The notes beneath the pieces are model-generated. The model was given only the letters and a program-made list of their open reading frames with translations, searched no databases and was not told where the DNA came from. 64,000 nt of DNA from Candidatus Krumholzibacteriota bacterium. Its GTDB lineage: Bacteria > Krumholzibacteriota > Krumholzibacteriia > JAJRXK01. Shown piece after piece: positions 48,153 through 57,245 of this stretch; position 1 is the stretch's first letter; every line of letters begins with the position of its first letter. Made by a program: the position numbers and the translations under genes. The stretch lies in assembly GCA_963727455.1 (NCBI GenBank), contig CAVSGG010000009.1, positions 160,001-224,000 on the forward strand. The letters are read 5' to 3'.

Positions 48153-49366
48153 TGAGATCCCGGTGGTTCGTTCTCTTCGCCCTGCCGATCTACGCGTTCG
48201 CCATCGCCGCTCCCCTCTCCGTCGCTGTTGGAGCAATCTGCGCCGGGACGCTGGCCGCCTTTGCCCTCGCGCGTTGCTTCCTGAGCCCGCGGCCCAAGGG
48301 CGCCGTACCACGATCCCTCGTCCTGGTTCTCCTCGCCTACTACCTCGCTCACCTCTGCGCGACCGTGTTCGCGGCTCCCTACCCCAGTAACTGGAGCAAG
48401 CTACTGGGTGAAATGTGGCTCAAGCTGTTGCTGGTTTCGGTGCCTCTTGCGGCCTTCGGTCAGGTCGACCACGTCCGGCGCGCGGTCAAGCTCCTCCTTC
48501 TGGTCGGCGCCGGGGTCGCCGTGTACGGGATTTGGCAACACTTCAGCGGAATCGATTGGTGGCACCATCGCCCCGCCCCCATGACCGGGGGCCAGTACAT
48601 GTCGGTGGCCTTCTTCGGCCATCATCTGACCTACGGCGGCCACGTCATGCTGCTGTTCATCGTGTCGGCGTCCTGGGCTCTCCTCAGCCGCGACACAAAA
48701 CGACTCGAGCGCGCGCTTTCGATCTGCGCGACGGCCTTCACCGGCCTGGCTCTGCTGTGGTCCTTCGCGCGCAGCGCCCAGATCGGAGCACTTGTCGGAA
48801 TTCTCGTCCTCGGCATCGCTCTGCCCCGGCGCCACAAGTGGTTCGCTCTGGCTCCTCTTTTGGCGATGGGCGTGGCCCTCCTCGCCACCCCCGCCCTCAT
48901 GGCGCGTGTGACGGCGCTCTTTCAGCCGGGCGCCGAAGAGACGCGCAGAAACCTCTGGAGCTCCTCGGTGCACGGAATTCTCGCGCGGCCCTGGCTGGGT
49001 TTCGGGCCGGGGAATTTCAGCCGCATGATGCAGAGCTATGAAGTCCCGGGCTTCTACGACACGAAGTCCCACGCACACAACGACTTCCTGATGCACGGGG
49101 TCAATGCCGGCCTGGTGGGACTTTTGGCCGCCCTCGCGCTCTTGATCCTCAGCATGGTTCTCTTGTGGAAAGCGCGCCGCGGCGCGGGCCGCGAGGCCTG
49201 GATCCTCACCGGGGTCTTCGCCTGCCAGGCCGGGATCTCGATCGCGGGGCTTTTTCAGGTCTACCAGACCGACGACGAGGTGGAGATGCTGCTCTATTTC
49301 CTCCTGGGAGCGGCCTTCGCCCTGGCCGCGCGACGCCACCAGCCCTCGCCGCCGGACAGCCCCTGA
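48149..49366 (+). CDS. O-antigen ligase/Wzy_C family protein
   Basis: Multi-TM; SFARSA, PWLGFGPGNF, HAHNDFL; ATGA coupling with gmhA. Confidence 0.85.
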   Translation: MMRSRWFVLFALPIYAFAIAAPLSVAVGAICAGTLAAFALARCFLSPRPKGAVPRSLVLVLLAYYLAHLCATVFAAPYPSNWSKLLGEMWLKLLLVSVPLAAFGQVDHVRRAVKLLLLVGAGVAVYGIWQHFSGIDWWHHRPAPMTGGQYMSVAFFGHHLTYGGHVMLLFIVSASWALLSRDTKRLERALSICATAFTGLALLWSFARSAQIGALVGILVLGIALPRRHKWFALAPLLAMGVALLATPALMARVTALFQPGAEETRRNLWSSSVHGILARPWLGFGPGNFSRMMQSYEVPGFYDTKSHAHNDFLMHGVNAGLVGLLAALALLILSMVLLWKARRGAGREAWILTGVFACQAGISIAGLFQVYQTDDEVEMLLYFLLGAAFALAARRHQPSPPDSP

Positions 49367-49635
49367 CCGCCCGCCTCGCGGGCTGGCTCCCTCTCATCCA
49401 CCCTCCTGTCCCGCGCCCTCGCCGGAGCCGTTCTTTCCGGCTGATTCCCACGAAGATTCTCTGACCGCGCACTCGGCATCCGCCTTGCTGGATGGCGCTG
49501 TGCCCGGGGCTTCCCTCGCCATCTCCTCCCCCGAGGGAGCGGATGTGCCCCGGGCGAAACATTTTCAAAACGGGGATGGGAACGATGCCGTGCCGAGCTG
49601 CCGCGAGATTGGATGGACCGGGAATTCTGGCCAGC

Positions 49636-50427
49636 GTGAACCCGCCACGACAGAGCAGCAGCTTCAAACCTTCGATCATCGCCACCGTAGCTTGTGGCAC
49701 CCCGATTTTGCGCGGCGCGGACCTGATACGCGTGGATGCGTCCCACGGAACACTGGCTGAAATTACCCGCACCCGAGCTTCCTACTCCTGTCCCGTCATC
49801 CTGGACCTGCCTGGTCCGTCGAGTCACGCGCGCACCAGCCTTCTCACCACGAGTGAATTTTTGATCTTCGCCTCGGCCGAGGGTTTCGATTGGATCACCC
49901 TGAATGGCGTGCGGGAACTCCGCGAGCTCCAGCACGCGCGCGAGCTTCTTTTGCCCTCGATTCAAATCGCGAGCTGCGTCTCGATGCCCGATGAACTCGG
50001 TGACACCCAGCTGGAGTCGATCGTGGCCGCCAGCGATGCCCTGGTTCTTCCTTACGGAGAGCTCGTGGCGAGAAGCGGGGGGGATCGGGCGCGTCAACAG
50101 GTGGGACGGGCCCTGGTTGCGTGCGCGAGACGACGCCGGCCCCTCCTGCTCTCGGGGGGACTCTTGAGCACCATGGTGGATTCCAGAATGCCGGAGATCT
50201 CGCAACTGGAGTGGATTGGCGAATTCGCCAACGCCGGCTGCGCCGGCTTCATCCTCACCGAGGAGACCGCCGCCTCCCCCCACGCGCAACTTTGCGTCGA
50301 TACCCTCGAGTTCGTGCTGGCTCCCCTCACGGCGACGGTCTGCCGGCGCCAGGCCGGCTTCGCGCGGGTCGCGGCCGCCCCCGGACTCTTCACTGAGGCA
50401 GCCGCAACGCAAGCCGAAGAAGAGTAG
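49636..50427 (+). CDS. Pyruvate-kinase barrel-like protein, degenerate (start uncertain; frame open from 49492)
   Basis: IIATV, IRVDASHG, ILDLPGP, SDALVLPYGEL, LLSTM..MPEISQ, FILTEETA match the order of PK A-domain motifs. Confidence 0.7.
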   Translation: MNPPRQSSSFKPSIIATVACGTPILRGADLIRVDASHGTLAEITRTRASYSCPVILDLPGPSSHARTSLLTTSEFLIFASAEGFDWITLNGVRELRELQHARELLLPSIQIASCVSMPDELGDTQLESIVAASDALVLPYGELVARSGGDRARQQVGRALVACARRRRPLLLSGGLLSTMVDSRMPEISQLEWIGEFANAGCAGFILTEETAASPHAQLCVDTLEFVLAPLTATVCRRQAGFARVAAAPGLFTEAAATQAEEE

Positions 50428-50443
50428 CCGGAGTCCGAGATTT

Positions 50444-51460
50444 TCAGCTGAAGAGGCCTTCGCGCGCGCCGCACTGCGCTCCCAGAAGCTTGAGGGCCTG
50501 CACGGCGCGTCGTACCGAATTTCCATCCACCGGCCCCAAGATCTCGCGTGAAGCGGCCTTGGGCGCGCGCATCATCTCGATCGGTTCACAGCGCAGCCAA
50601 GCGCGCGCGCGGGCCAGTTGGTCCCTGTCCTCCACCCACTCGAAAGCTCGCAGGGCCCGGGCCAGCGGCGTCTCTCTCTCGCTGAAGCTCCCTCTGGGAT
50701 GGCACGATCCCAGACCAAGAGCTGGCCGGCCCAGAGCGGCCGCCCGCAAGAGTGTCGTACCTGCTTCAGCCAGAACGAGATCGCTGGCGGCGAGAAGCTC
50801 GGCCTCGGGAATTTTCCGATCGGCGAGGTAGATCCCGGGGCCCGCGAGGGCTGCCCCGAAGGGACGTGGATCGAGCAGACGCCGCGCGGTGGAGCAGCTC
50901 AGGACCAGATCCGCCTCGACCCTGAGGGAGGCCAGGGCCTGGGTCATGGCTCGGATGCCCTCGCTTGCGGCTTCGGCTCGCAGCAAGATCAGGGGACGGC
51001 AGCTGTCGGCGGAGAGTCCCAGTGCGTAGCGGGCGCGACTGCGCGCGCCCGGCTGCAGGGCGGTGTCCAGCGCAGGATCGCCGATGACGACCTTCGCGCG
51101 GGAGGGGTCCTCGTCGCACAGCGAGGGTCCGGATACGAGAGTGAGGGTGGCGGACGGGATTCTCCCGGGAATGCCGGGATCGCGCCACTCCACCAGGGCG
51201 CCTCGCTCCCGCAGCCAGGCGCGGAGACTGGACTCGGGCACTTCTCCTTGACTCACCAGGAGGTCGAATTCGCCTTGGGGTTCGCTCAGCGGCTCGAGTC
51301 CGTGTTCGAAGGCGCTGCGCAGCACTTCCGCGCGCGGATTCAGCTCTCGGGAAGGCCAGCGGCCCTTGGCGACGAGAATCCTCGAGCCGGGGGTTCGGCG
51401 CAGCACGGCTTCGAAAGATTCGAGTTGTTCGGGAAGAGTGACCAGAAAGCCGGTACGCAT
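50444..51460 (-). CDS. GT-B fold protein, distantly CDP-glycerol glycerophosphotransferase (TagF/TagB)-like
   Basis: VIGDPALD, ARYALGL..PLILL, ELLAASDLVLAEAGTT..AALGRP, GPVDGNSVRR. Confidence 0.55.
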   Translation of the reverse strand: MRTGFLVTLPEQLESFEAVLRRTPGSRILVAKGRWPSRELNPRAEVLRSAFEHGLEPLSEPQGEFDLLVSQGEVPESSLRAWLRERGALVEWRDPGIPGRIPSATLTLVSGPSLCDEDPSRAKVVIGDPALDTALQPGARSRARYALGLSADSCRPLILLRAEAASEGIRAMTQALASLRVEADLVLSCSTARRLLDPRPFGAALAGPGIYLADRKIPEAELLAASDLVLAEAGTTLLRAAALGRPALGLGSCHPRGSFSERETPLARALRAFEWVEDRDQLARARAWLRCEPIEMMRAPKAASREILGPVDGNSVRRAVQALKLLGAQCGAREGLFS

Positions 51461-51551
51461 GCGGATCGCGAACGCGCCCGTCCCCACGACGGGACCGCGC
51501 TCATCCGGTGCTGCTTTCAAGAATGGTGCCGTCTGGATCCCAGCCGGGAAA

Positions 51552-52037
51552 CTAGCCGTGGTACAAGACGCGCGCGGGGACTCCCGCGACCACTTCCTTG
51601 GCCGCCACGTCCCGCGTGACCACGGCGCCGGCTCCGATCACCGCGCCTTTGCCCACGTGGATGCCGCCCATGATGATGGCACCCGAACCGATGGAAACCT
51701 GATCGCCGATCTCGGTGGGCACGAAGCGATCCGCCCAGTCCTTCTCCTGTTCGGGTTTCCCACTGGGAGTCACCGCGCGCGGATGGAGATCGTTGATGAA
51801 AATGACGCCGTGACCGACGAAGCAACCGTCTCCGATGTGAACCCCTTCACAGATGAAGGTGTGAGAGCTGATCTTGCAGTAGCGTCCGATGACCGCGCCC
51901 TTCTGGATTTCCACGAAGGTGCCGATGCGGGATTCGTCTCCGATCTTGCAGCCGTAGAGATTCACGAAGCGATAGATCTTCACGTCCTTACCCAAGACGA
52001 CATCGTCTGCAATGCTCACGAATTCCAAGATCGTCAC
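51552..52037 (-). CDS. Hexapeptide-repeat sugar N-acetyltransferase (WbpD/FdtC-like)
   Basis: NLYGCKIG, FVEIQK, KISSHTFICEG, FIND..PRA, GAGAVVTRDV..GVPAR. Confidence 0.9.
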   Translation of the reverse strand: MTILEFVSIADDVVLGKDVKIYRFVNLYGCKIGDESRIGTFVEIQKGAVIGRYCKISSHTFICEGVHIGDGCFVGHGVIFINDLHPRAVTPSGKPEQEKDWADRFVPTEIGDQVSIGSGAIIMGGIHVGKGAVIGAGAVVTRDVAAKEVVAGVPARVLYHG

Positions 52038-52145
52038 CTTCTCTCGAGTTTGCTCTCATCCCAGCGCCCTTCGCGCCATCTTCTTCGTGATTCAAACCGC
52101 GTGCTGCTTCGAGAATAAACGGCTGGCCGCGGGGAAGCGAGTAGC

Positions 52146-52178
52146 AAAAAAAAGCGAGGTGAGCCTCGCTCACCTCGC
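52146..52178 (-). terminator. Strong intrinsic terminator
   Basis: Minus strand GCGAGGTGAGC-GAG-GCTCACCTCGC, 11-bp perfect stem, then T8. Confidence 0.9.
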
Positions 52179-52612
52179 CTCAGAGAAAATTCAGTTCACT
52201 TGGAAGAACACCCCCCTGCCCGTTCATGCTCAAGTTGCGCTACCGGTGGGAGCCGATGCTCGATGAAGCGCACAGGGGGGTGAAGAAGGTGCGCGGGCCG
52301 TACCCAACTTGGAGACCTTTGATCATGAGGATTGGTCCCAGTACCTCATGAGGAATGCCAAGTGCATGCAGCGTGAATGAGAATCCTCGCCACGCCCTGC
52401 GAGTGCATTCTCGCTGAGATGAGCTGACGGCGCCCGTGTGTCAGCCTCATCTCCAATCGCCACAAAGCGGTCCGACCCGCACGTGGTCGTGAAAAATCTG
52501 GACCGCAGTTTCCGCAGGCGGCCGGGAGCGGTCGTCCCGGGGAACGGTTTTGCACCGCTTCCGTTACCAAGAGAATCCAATCTCCAGGGCGGCGCAATGA
52601 CTTCTCTAGAAT
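52146..52612 (-). ncRNA. Candidate large (~470 nt) structured RNA of unknown class
   Basis: ORF-free; 8 or more hairpins, 5'/3' end pairing, potential pseudoknot, upstream TAGAAT -10 and downstream terminator (see findings). Confidence 0.6.
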
Positions 52613-52668
52613 GGAATGATTCTACCCATTCGAGTTCGTAAAGACCCGAACAGCCTTTCGTAGCAGGC

Positions 52669-55470
52669 TCAACGCGGCAGACTGGGGGCCAGAAGAACCG
52701 CGTTCAACAGGAGACGCGTGGTTACCGGCCAGATGCCCCGGAAGCTGGGATCTTCGGCGAAAAGGACGACCCTGCCCTTCTCGTGCTCCTCACAGATGAG
52801 GTAGGGCGCCCCCGCAAGGGCCTGTACGGTCTCCGGCCAGGCGAAACCGGCGATCAGGGGCTCGTGTTCTGCGTAGTTGACCACCGTTTGCTCCTGCTCT
52901 CCCGCGCGCAGCTGGCGTCCCTGCTGCACGAGCGCACAGATGGGCCTGCTCAAGCCGTAGCACAGGAAGTGGTAGGGAGCCCTCTCCAGGCGGAAGATGG
53001 CGCCCGGGATGGAAGGAGGCGAATCGGAGGGCTTGCTGGCGGCATGGCGCGCCTCGGCGGAGCCCTCGACGGCGGGTGGAGAACTTGCGTCCTCTTCGTT
53101 CGGATAGGGACTAGTTTCCGCTTCGGGCTCCGCTTCCAAGGCCGGCGCGGACTCGTCCCCCTCTGGCTGGGCCCCATCTTCCAGCGAGGCGGACAACCAT
53201 CCCGGCAGGTCCATGAGGGCCTCACTGGCCCTGCCCAGCGCCACCAGGGTCCCTCCCTGGTCCACCCAGCTGCGCAGATCCGGCAAGAGCGGAGCGTGCT
53301 TCTGGAGGTCCGGAATGACGATCACGTCCACCTCACGCAGGCGCAGCTCATCCAGTTGGTCCAGGAGCACCGTCGAGCAGTCGACTCCCATGTGCTCCTG
53401 CAGGACCCACAGCACACTGCCCAGGCTGGTCGGGCGCACTCCCGGTCCACCGGCGACCACGATGCGCGGCTGACGCAAGCGCAGCACGGCATCGCTTCCC
53501 AGGGATGGTCCCTCATCACTCCATGCGCTGCTGACGGGAACGACTTCAACCCCCGTGTCGCGCGCGACTCTTTCGAGCAAGGAATCCAGCGCGAGGGTGG
53601 AGTCCTGGACCGAACGCTTGAGCACCAGGCTACCCGCGGGAAAGCTCTCTTCGCTCCGCTTGAATGCTTCGCGGGCGAGGTAGACTCTCGCGCCCTCGCG
53701 CCAGAGCGCGGCCAGCGCGGCACAACTCGCGTTGTCTCGATCGGGAATCAGGTAGCCGTAGGACGCTTTTGCGGGATCGAGCGCCGGGCTCGACGGTATC
53801 TTCTCTGTCTTCACGCGAACGCTGGCGACTTCCAGATTTTTCGCGCTGTAGTAGGTGGTCAAGCCAAAGGCGAGCGGGAGACTCCACGCCGTCACGTCGT
53901 AGAAACGATCGCGAAGTCCCGCGCGGTGGCGTTCGGTCTCATCTTTCAGAAAGCCCTCATCCATGGGCTGATCCCAGCCCAAGAGATTTTGCAGAAGCGG
54001 ATAGGCTGCCTGCCTGAGCACGATACGGTAGCTTCCCGCGGGGAACTCGTGCTTGTTTTCCTCGCCGCTCTCCTGAGTGGAAACTCTGGCCTCGAAGCCA
54101 CGCTCGCTTCGCAGGACCTGCACCCCTTGCATGCTCAGAAGGCGCGCCAGGCGCCGCGCCTCCGCCGGAGCCTGGCCGAGGTCGAAGAGAATCTCCTTCG
54201 CATCGGCCTTGTCCGCCCTGCGCAGGGCCTCGTCGCGGAAGCGGCGCGAATACTGGAGCAGTTCCCTGCTCTTGGCGGCGCTCGTCCGGCAGCTCGTCAG
54301 CGCCGCCAAAAAATGATGCTGAACCGCATCGCGGTAGCTGCGGATGGCTCCGCTGCCATCCTCGATCCGCAGTCCGTCCGAGCTACCCTGTTCGAAAGTC
54401 ATCCCGATTGCGCCCTGTAGACTGGGCCAGGAATCTCCGTAACCGGGGTAGAAGAGATCGAAGTGCTCGCGCACGAAGTAGTCCACTCCAGCCGCATCAA
54501 ATGCCTTCGCATTCGCTTTCCCGTAGAGTTCGAGCCAGGATTGCAGCTCCTGGGGAAGCAACGGATTGTGCGGCAAGGCCGAGGGCGGAAAAAAGTAGGT
54601 GGAGGACGATCGCATTTCGTGCAAATCCAAAAAGACCTGGGGGCGCCAGCTTAGGAAGGCGGCAACCCTCGCCCTGGTCTCGGGCTGCGTGAGAAAGGCC
54701 CAGTCGCGGTTGAGATCGAAGAAGTTGTGGTTGTAACGGCCAGTTGGCCAGAGCTGCGTGTGTTCGATGGCCTCGGGATGGGGATCGGGACCGCCGACCT
54801 GACGCGTGAACGATCGCAGGTGCTGCAAGAAGCGACGTCTTCCATCGGGGTTCTGGCAGAGGTCGATGAGAACCACGAGGTGTTCGAGCAGCTCCTGGGT
54901 CTGTTCGCTACGATCGGCCGCCAAGTGGTAAGCCAAGAACATGCCCGCGTCGCAGCCGCTGGCCTCGTCCCCGTGAATTCCGCAAGCAACCCACACCGCG
55001 GGCAAAGGCGCTTGCGCGCCGCTCGTCTGCGCCTTGACGCTCGCGGAGAAATCCAGTGCGGTCCGCGACTGCAACAGTCCCTCTTGATCCTTCGAAGCGC
55101 TGATCGCCAACAGGAGCAGAGGATCGCCTTCGACGCTGCGGCCGATCTCCTGCACACTCACCCGATCGCTCGCCTCGGCCAAGAGCCGCGCGTAGGCGAG
55201 AAGCTGCTGGACCGAGGCCGGCCTCTCCCCCAGCGGGTGCCCCAGGAGCGAAGCCGGCGTGGGGACGGCCGGATCGTAGTCCGCGTCCCGCACCCACTGG
55301 AGGGCGGGATCATCCCCGGTGGTAGCCGCTGCCGCTTCCGGGGCGCACAGTACGCCGATCAAGAGAAAGAGTCCGAGCAAGCCCAGGGAGGCCGGGCCGA
55401 GAATCGCTCTGCATTTCCAGAAGGAAGAACGCACCGCCACCTCTCCGCGTTCGAGCGCCTCAAACTCCAC
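52669..55470 (-). CDS. M14-like zinc carboxypeptidase with C-terminal glutamine-amidotransferase-like domain, secreted
   Basis: IHGDE, NPDGR, DLNRDW, DLHEM, FYPGYGDSWP, FYDVTAWSLP; signal peptide. Confidence 0.88.
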   Translation of the reverse strand: MEFEALERGEVAVRSSFWKCRAILGPASLGLLGLFLLIGVLCAPEAAAATTGDDPALQWVRDADYDPAVPTPASLLGHPLGERPASVQQLLAYARLLAEASDRVSVQEIGRSVEGDPLLLLAISASKDQEGLLQSRTALDFSASVKAQTSGAQAPLPAVWVACGIHGDEASGCDAGMFLAYHLAADRSEQTQELLEHLVVLIDLCQNPDGRRRFLQHLRSFTRQVGGPDPHPEAIEHTQLWPTGRYNHNFFDLNRDWAFLTQPETRARVAAFLSWRPQVFLDLHEMRSSSTYFFPPSALPHNPLLPQELQSWLELYGKANAKAFDAAGVDYFVREHFDLFYPGYGDSWPSLQGAIGMTFEQGSSDGLRIEDGSGAIRSYRDAVQHHFLAALTSCRTSAAKSRELLQYSRRFRDEALRRADKADAKEILFDLGQAPAEARRLARLLSMQGVQVLRSERGFEARVSTQESGEENKHEFPAGSYRIVLRQAAYPLLQNLLGWDQPMDEGFLKDETERHRAGLRDRFYDVTAWSLPLAFGLTTYYSAKNLEVASVRVKTEKIPSSPALDPAKASYGYLIPDRDNASCAALAALWREGARVYLAREAFKRSEESFPAGSLVLKRSVQDSTLALDSLLERVARDTGVEVVPVSSAWSDEGPSLGSDAVLRLRQPRIVVAGGPGVRPTSLGSVLWVLQEHMGVDCSTVLLDQLDELRLREVDVIVIPDLQKHAPLLPDLRSWVDQGGTLVALGRASEALMDLPGWLSASLEDGAQPEGDESAPALEAEPEAETSPYPNEEDASSPPAVEGSAEARHAASKPSDSPPSIPGAIFRLERAPYHFLCYGLSRPICALVQQGRQLRAGEQEQTVVNYAEHEPLIAGFAWPETVQALAGAPYLICEEHEKGRVVLFAEDPSFRGIWPVTTRLLLNAVLLAPSLPR

Positions 55471-56590
55471 GATCTCGGCCCGCGGCCCAGCTGCTCACGG
55501 CGCGAATCACTCGCTCCTGATCGCTGGACTTCATCCGCGCCGAGAAGGGCAAGGACACGACTCGCTGACACAGGGATTCCGTAACTGGAGTCGCGAGGGT
55601 CCGCGGGCAACGGTCTTTGAAAGCAGCCTGGATGTGCAAGGGATGAGGATAGTGCACCACGGTGGGGATGCCGCCTGCGTCGAGCTCCTGGATGAAACCG
55701 GCGCGCTGCTCGGCGCCTGCGAGCTGGATGGTGAACTGCGCCCAGGAGGAGCGGCAACCCTCGCGCGTTCGGGGGACTTCCACCGCTCCGTCCAGCGCTT
55801 CGCAGTAACGCTCCGCGATACGTTGGCGCATCTGGAGTTCATCGGGGAAGGCGCGGGCACGAACCAAGAGCGCGGCGCACTGCAGAGCATCGAGACGCGC
55901 GTTGGTGCCCAGTTCCTGGTGGAGGTGGTGCCCCACCTCCCCGTGCTGACGCAGTCGACGCAAAGTGTCGGCGAGTTCGCCATCCTCACAAAAGATCATC
56001 CCGCCGTCGCCCAAACCGCCCAGCGGTTTCGCCGGATAGAACGAGGTAAAAGCGGCGCGTCCGAAGGCGCCGCTCATACGGGTGGGGCTCTTCGCGCCGA
56101 GGCTCTGGCAGGCATCCTCCAGCAGCGCGATCCCGCGTTCCTCACAGAGTGCCTCCAATTCGGCCAGCCGCGCCGGATGCCCGAAGAGGCTCACCACCAC
56201 GACCGCTTTCACTCTGTCCGTGAGCGCCGCGCGGACCGCCTGCGGATCCATGGTGAAGGTCTCGGGCTCGACGTCCACGAAAACCGGGCTCGCTCCCGCG
56301 AGCAGCACCGCCTCGGCCGTGGCGGCGAAAGTGAAATCGGGCACCAGCACCTCGTCGCCGCGGCCGATTCCCAGAGCCATCAGTAGGAGTTGTTCGGCCA
56401 CGGTGCCCGAAGTGCAGGCCACGGCGTGCTTCACGCCAACGAACGCAGCCAGAGTTTCTTCGAGCTGCGCTACTTTGGCGCCCCCGATGAAGCGTCCGGA
56501 GTCCAGGACCTCCAGCAGAGCTTGGCGCAGTTCCTCTTTCTGCGGCGCCAGCATCGCCTGAAGATCCAGAAAGGGCAGTCGTGGTTCCAT
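55460..56590 (-). CDS. DegT/DnrJ/EryC1/StrS sugar aminotransferase
   Basis: TFAATAEAV, EDACQSLG, SFYPAKPLGGLGDGG, NARLDALQ, VHYP. Confidence 0.92.
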   Translation of the reverse strand: MEPRLPFLDLQAMLAPQKEELRQALLEVLDSGRFIGGAKVAQLEETLAAFVGVKHAVACTSGTVAEQLLLMALGIGRGDEVLVPDFTFAATAEAVLLAGASPVFVDVEPETFTMDPQAVRAALTDRVKAVVVVSLFGHPARLAELEALCEERGIALLEDACQSLGAKSPTRMSGAFGRAAFTSFYPAKPLGGLGDGGMIFCEDGELADTLRRLRQHGEVGHHLHQELGTNARLDALQCAALLVRARAFPDELQMRQRIAERYCEALDGAVEVPRTREGCRSSWAQFTIQLAGAEQRAGFIQELDAGGIPTVVHYPHPLHIQAAFKDRCPRTLATPVTESLCQRVVSLPFSARMKSSDQERVIRAVSSWAAGRDRGV

Positions 56591-56603
56591 GAACTTCGTA
56601 CTC

Positions 56604-57197
56604 TCAGTCTCGATTGCGTCCGGGTTGCCAGAGCACGTCCTTTTCGCCCTTGCCGTTGGCCATCCGCGAGGCAACGAAGAGATAATCGCTGAGCCGGTTC
56701 AGATACTTCAGAGCATGGGGATTGATCTGCTCCTTGCGGCTCAACGCGACCGTGTGCCTTTCGGCGCGCCGGCAGATGGTGCGCGCCAGATGGAGTCGCT
56801 GACTCAGAGCGGAACCACCGGGAAGCACGAAACTGTTCAGAGGAGAGAGTTCTTCGTTGGCGGCATCGATCAACTTCTCCAGGCGCTGCACCTGTTTTGC
56901 GACGATGCGCAGCGCCTCGTCCTCCGTGGAATCCGTTTCCTTCTTCTGAGTTCTTTGCGGGGTGGAGAGGTCGGCTCCGAGATCGAAAAGATCGTGCTGG
57001 ATGCCACACAGAGCATCGCGCGTGTCCGCGTCAGCGCTCTCGCAGGCGCCGATGCAGATGCCGATGGTGGCGTTCAGCTCGTCCACGCAACCGTAGGCCG
57101 CGATGCGTACGTCATCCTTGAAGACACGGCTGCCGTCGCTGAGCCCGGTCGATCCATCGTCGCCGCTACGCGTGTAGATTCGATTCAGTTTGACCAT
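56604..57197 (-). CDS. PduO-type ATP:corrinoid adenosyltransferase
   Basis: IYTRSGDDG, YGCVDELN, QHDLFDLGADL, FVLPGG, RRAER, YLNRLSD. Confidence 0.93.
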   Translation of the reverse strand: MVKLNRIYTRSGDDGSTGLSDGSRVFKDDVRIAAYGCVDELNATIGICIGACESADADTRDALCGIQHDLFDLGADLSTPQRTQKKETDSTEDEALRIVAKQVQRLEKLIDAANEELSPLNSFVLPGGSALSQRLHLARTICRRAERHTVALSRKEQINPHALKYLNRLSDYLFVASRMANGKGEKDVLWQPGRNRD

Positions 57198-57245
57198 GAC
57201 CCCAGTCTAGCCGCAGTCGTGTTCCGCGACCAGCATGGATGAGAT

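Noticed and set aside
52541-52562. Cobalamin riboswitch within the 52-kb element
   Set aside because: The GGUGCAAAACC hairpin resembles a T-loop, but the remaining core and B12 box are absent on that strand
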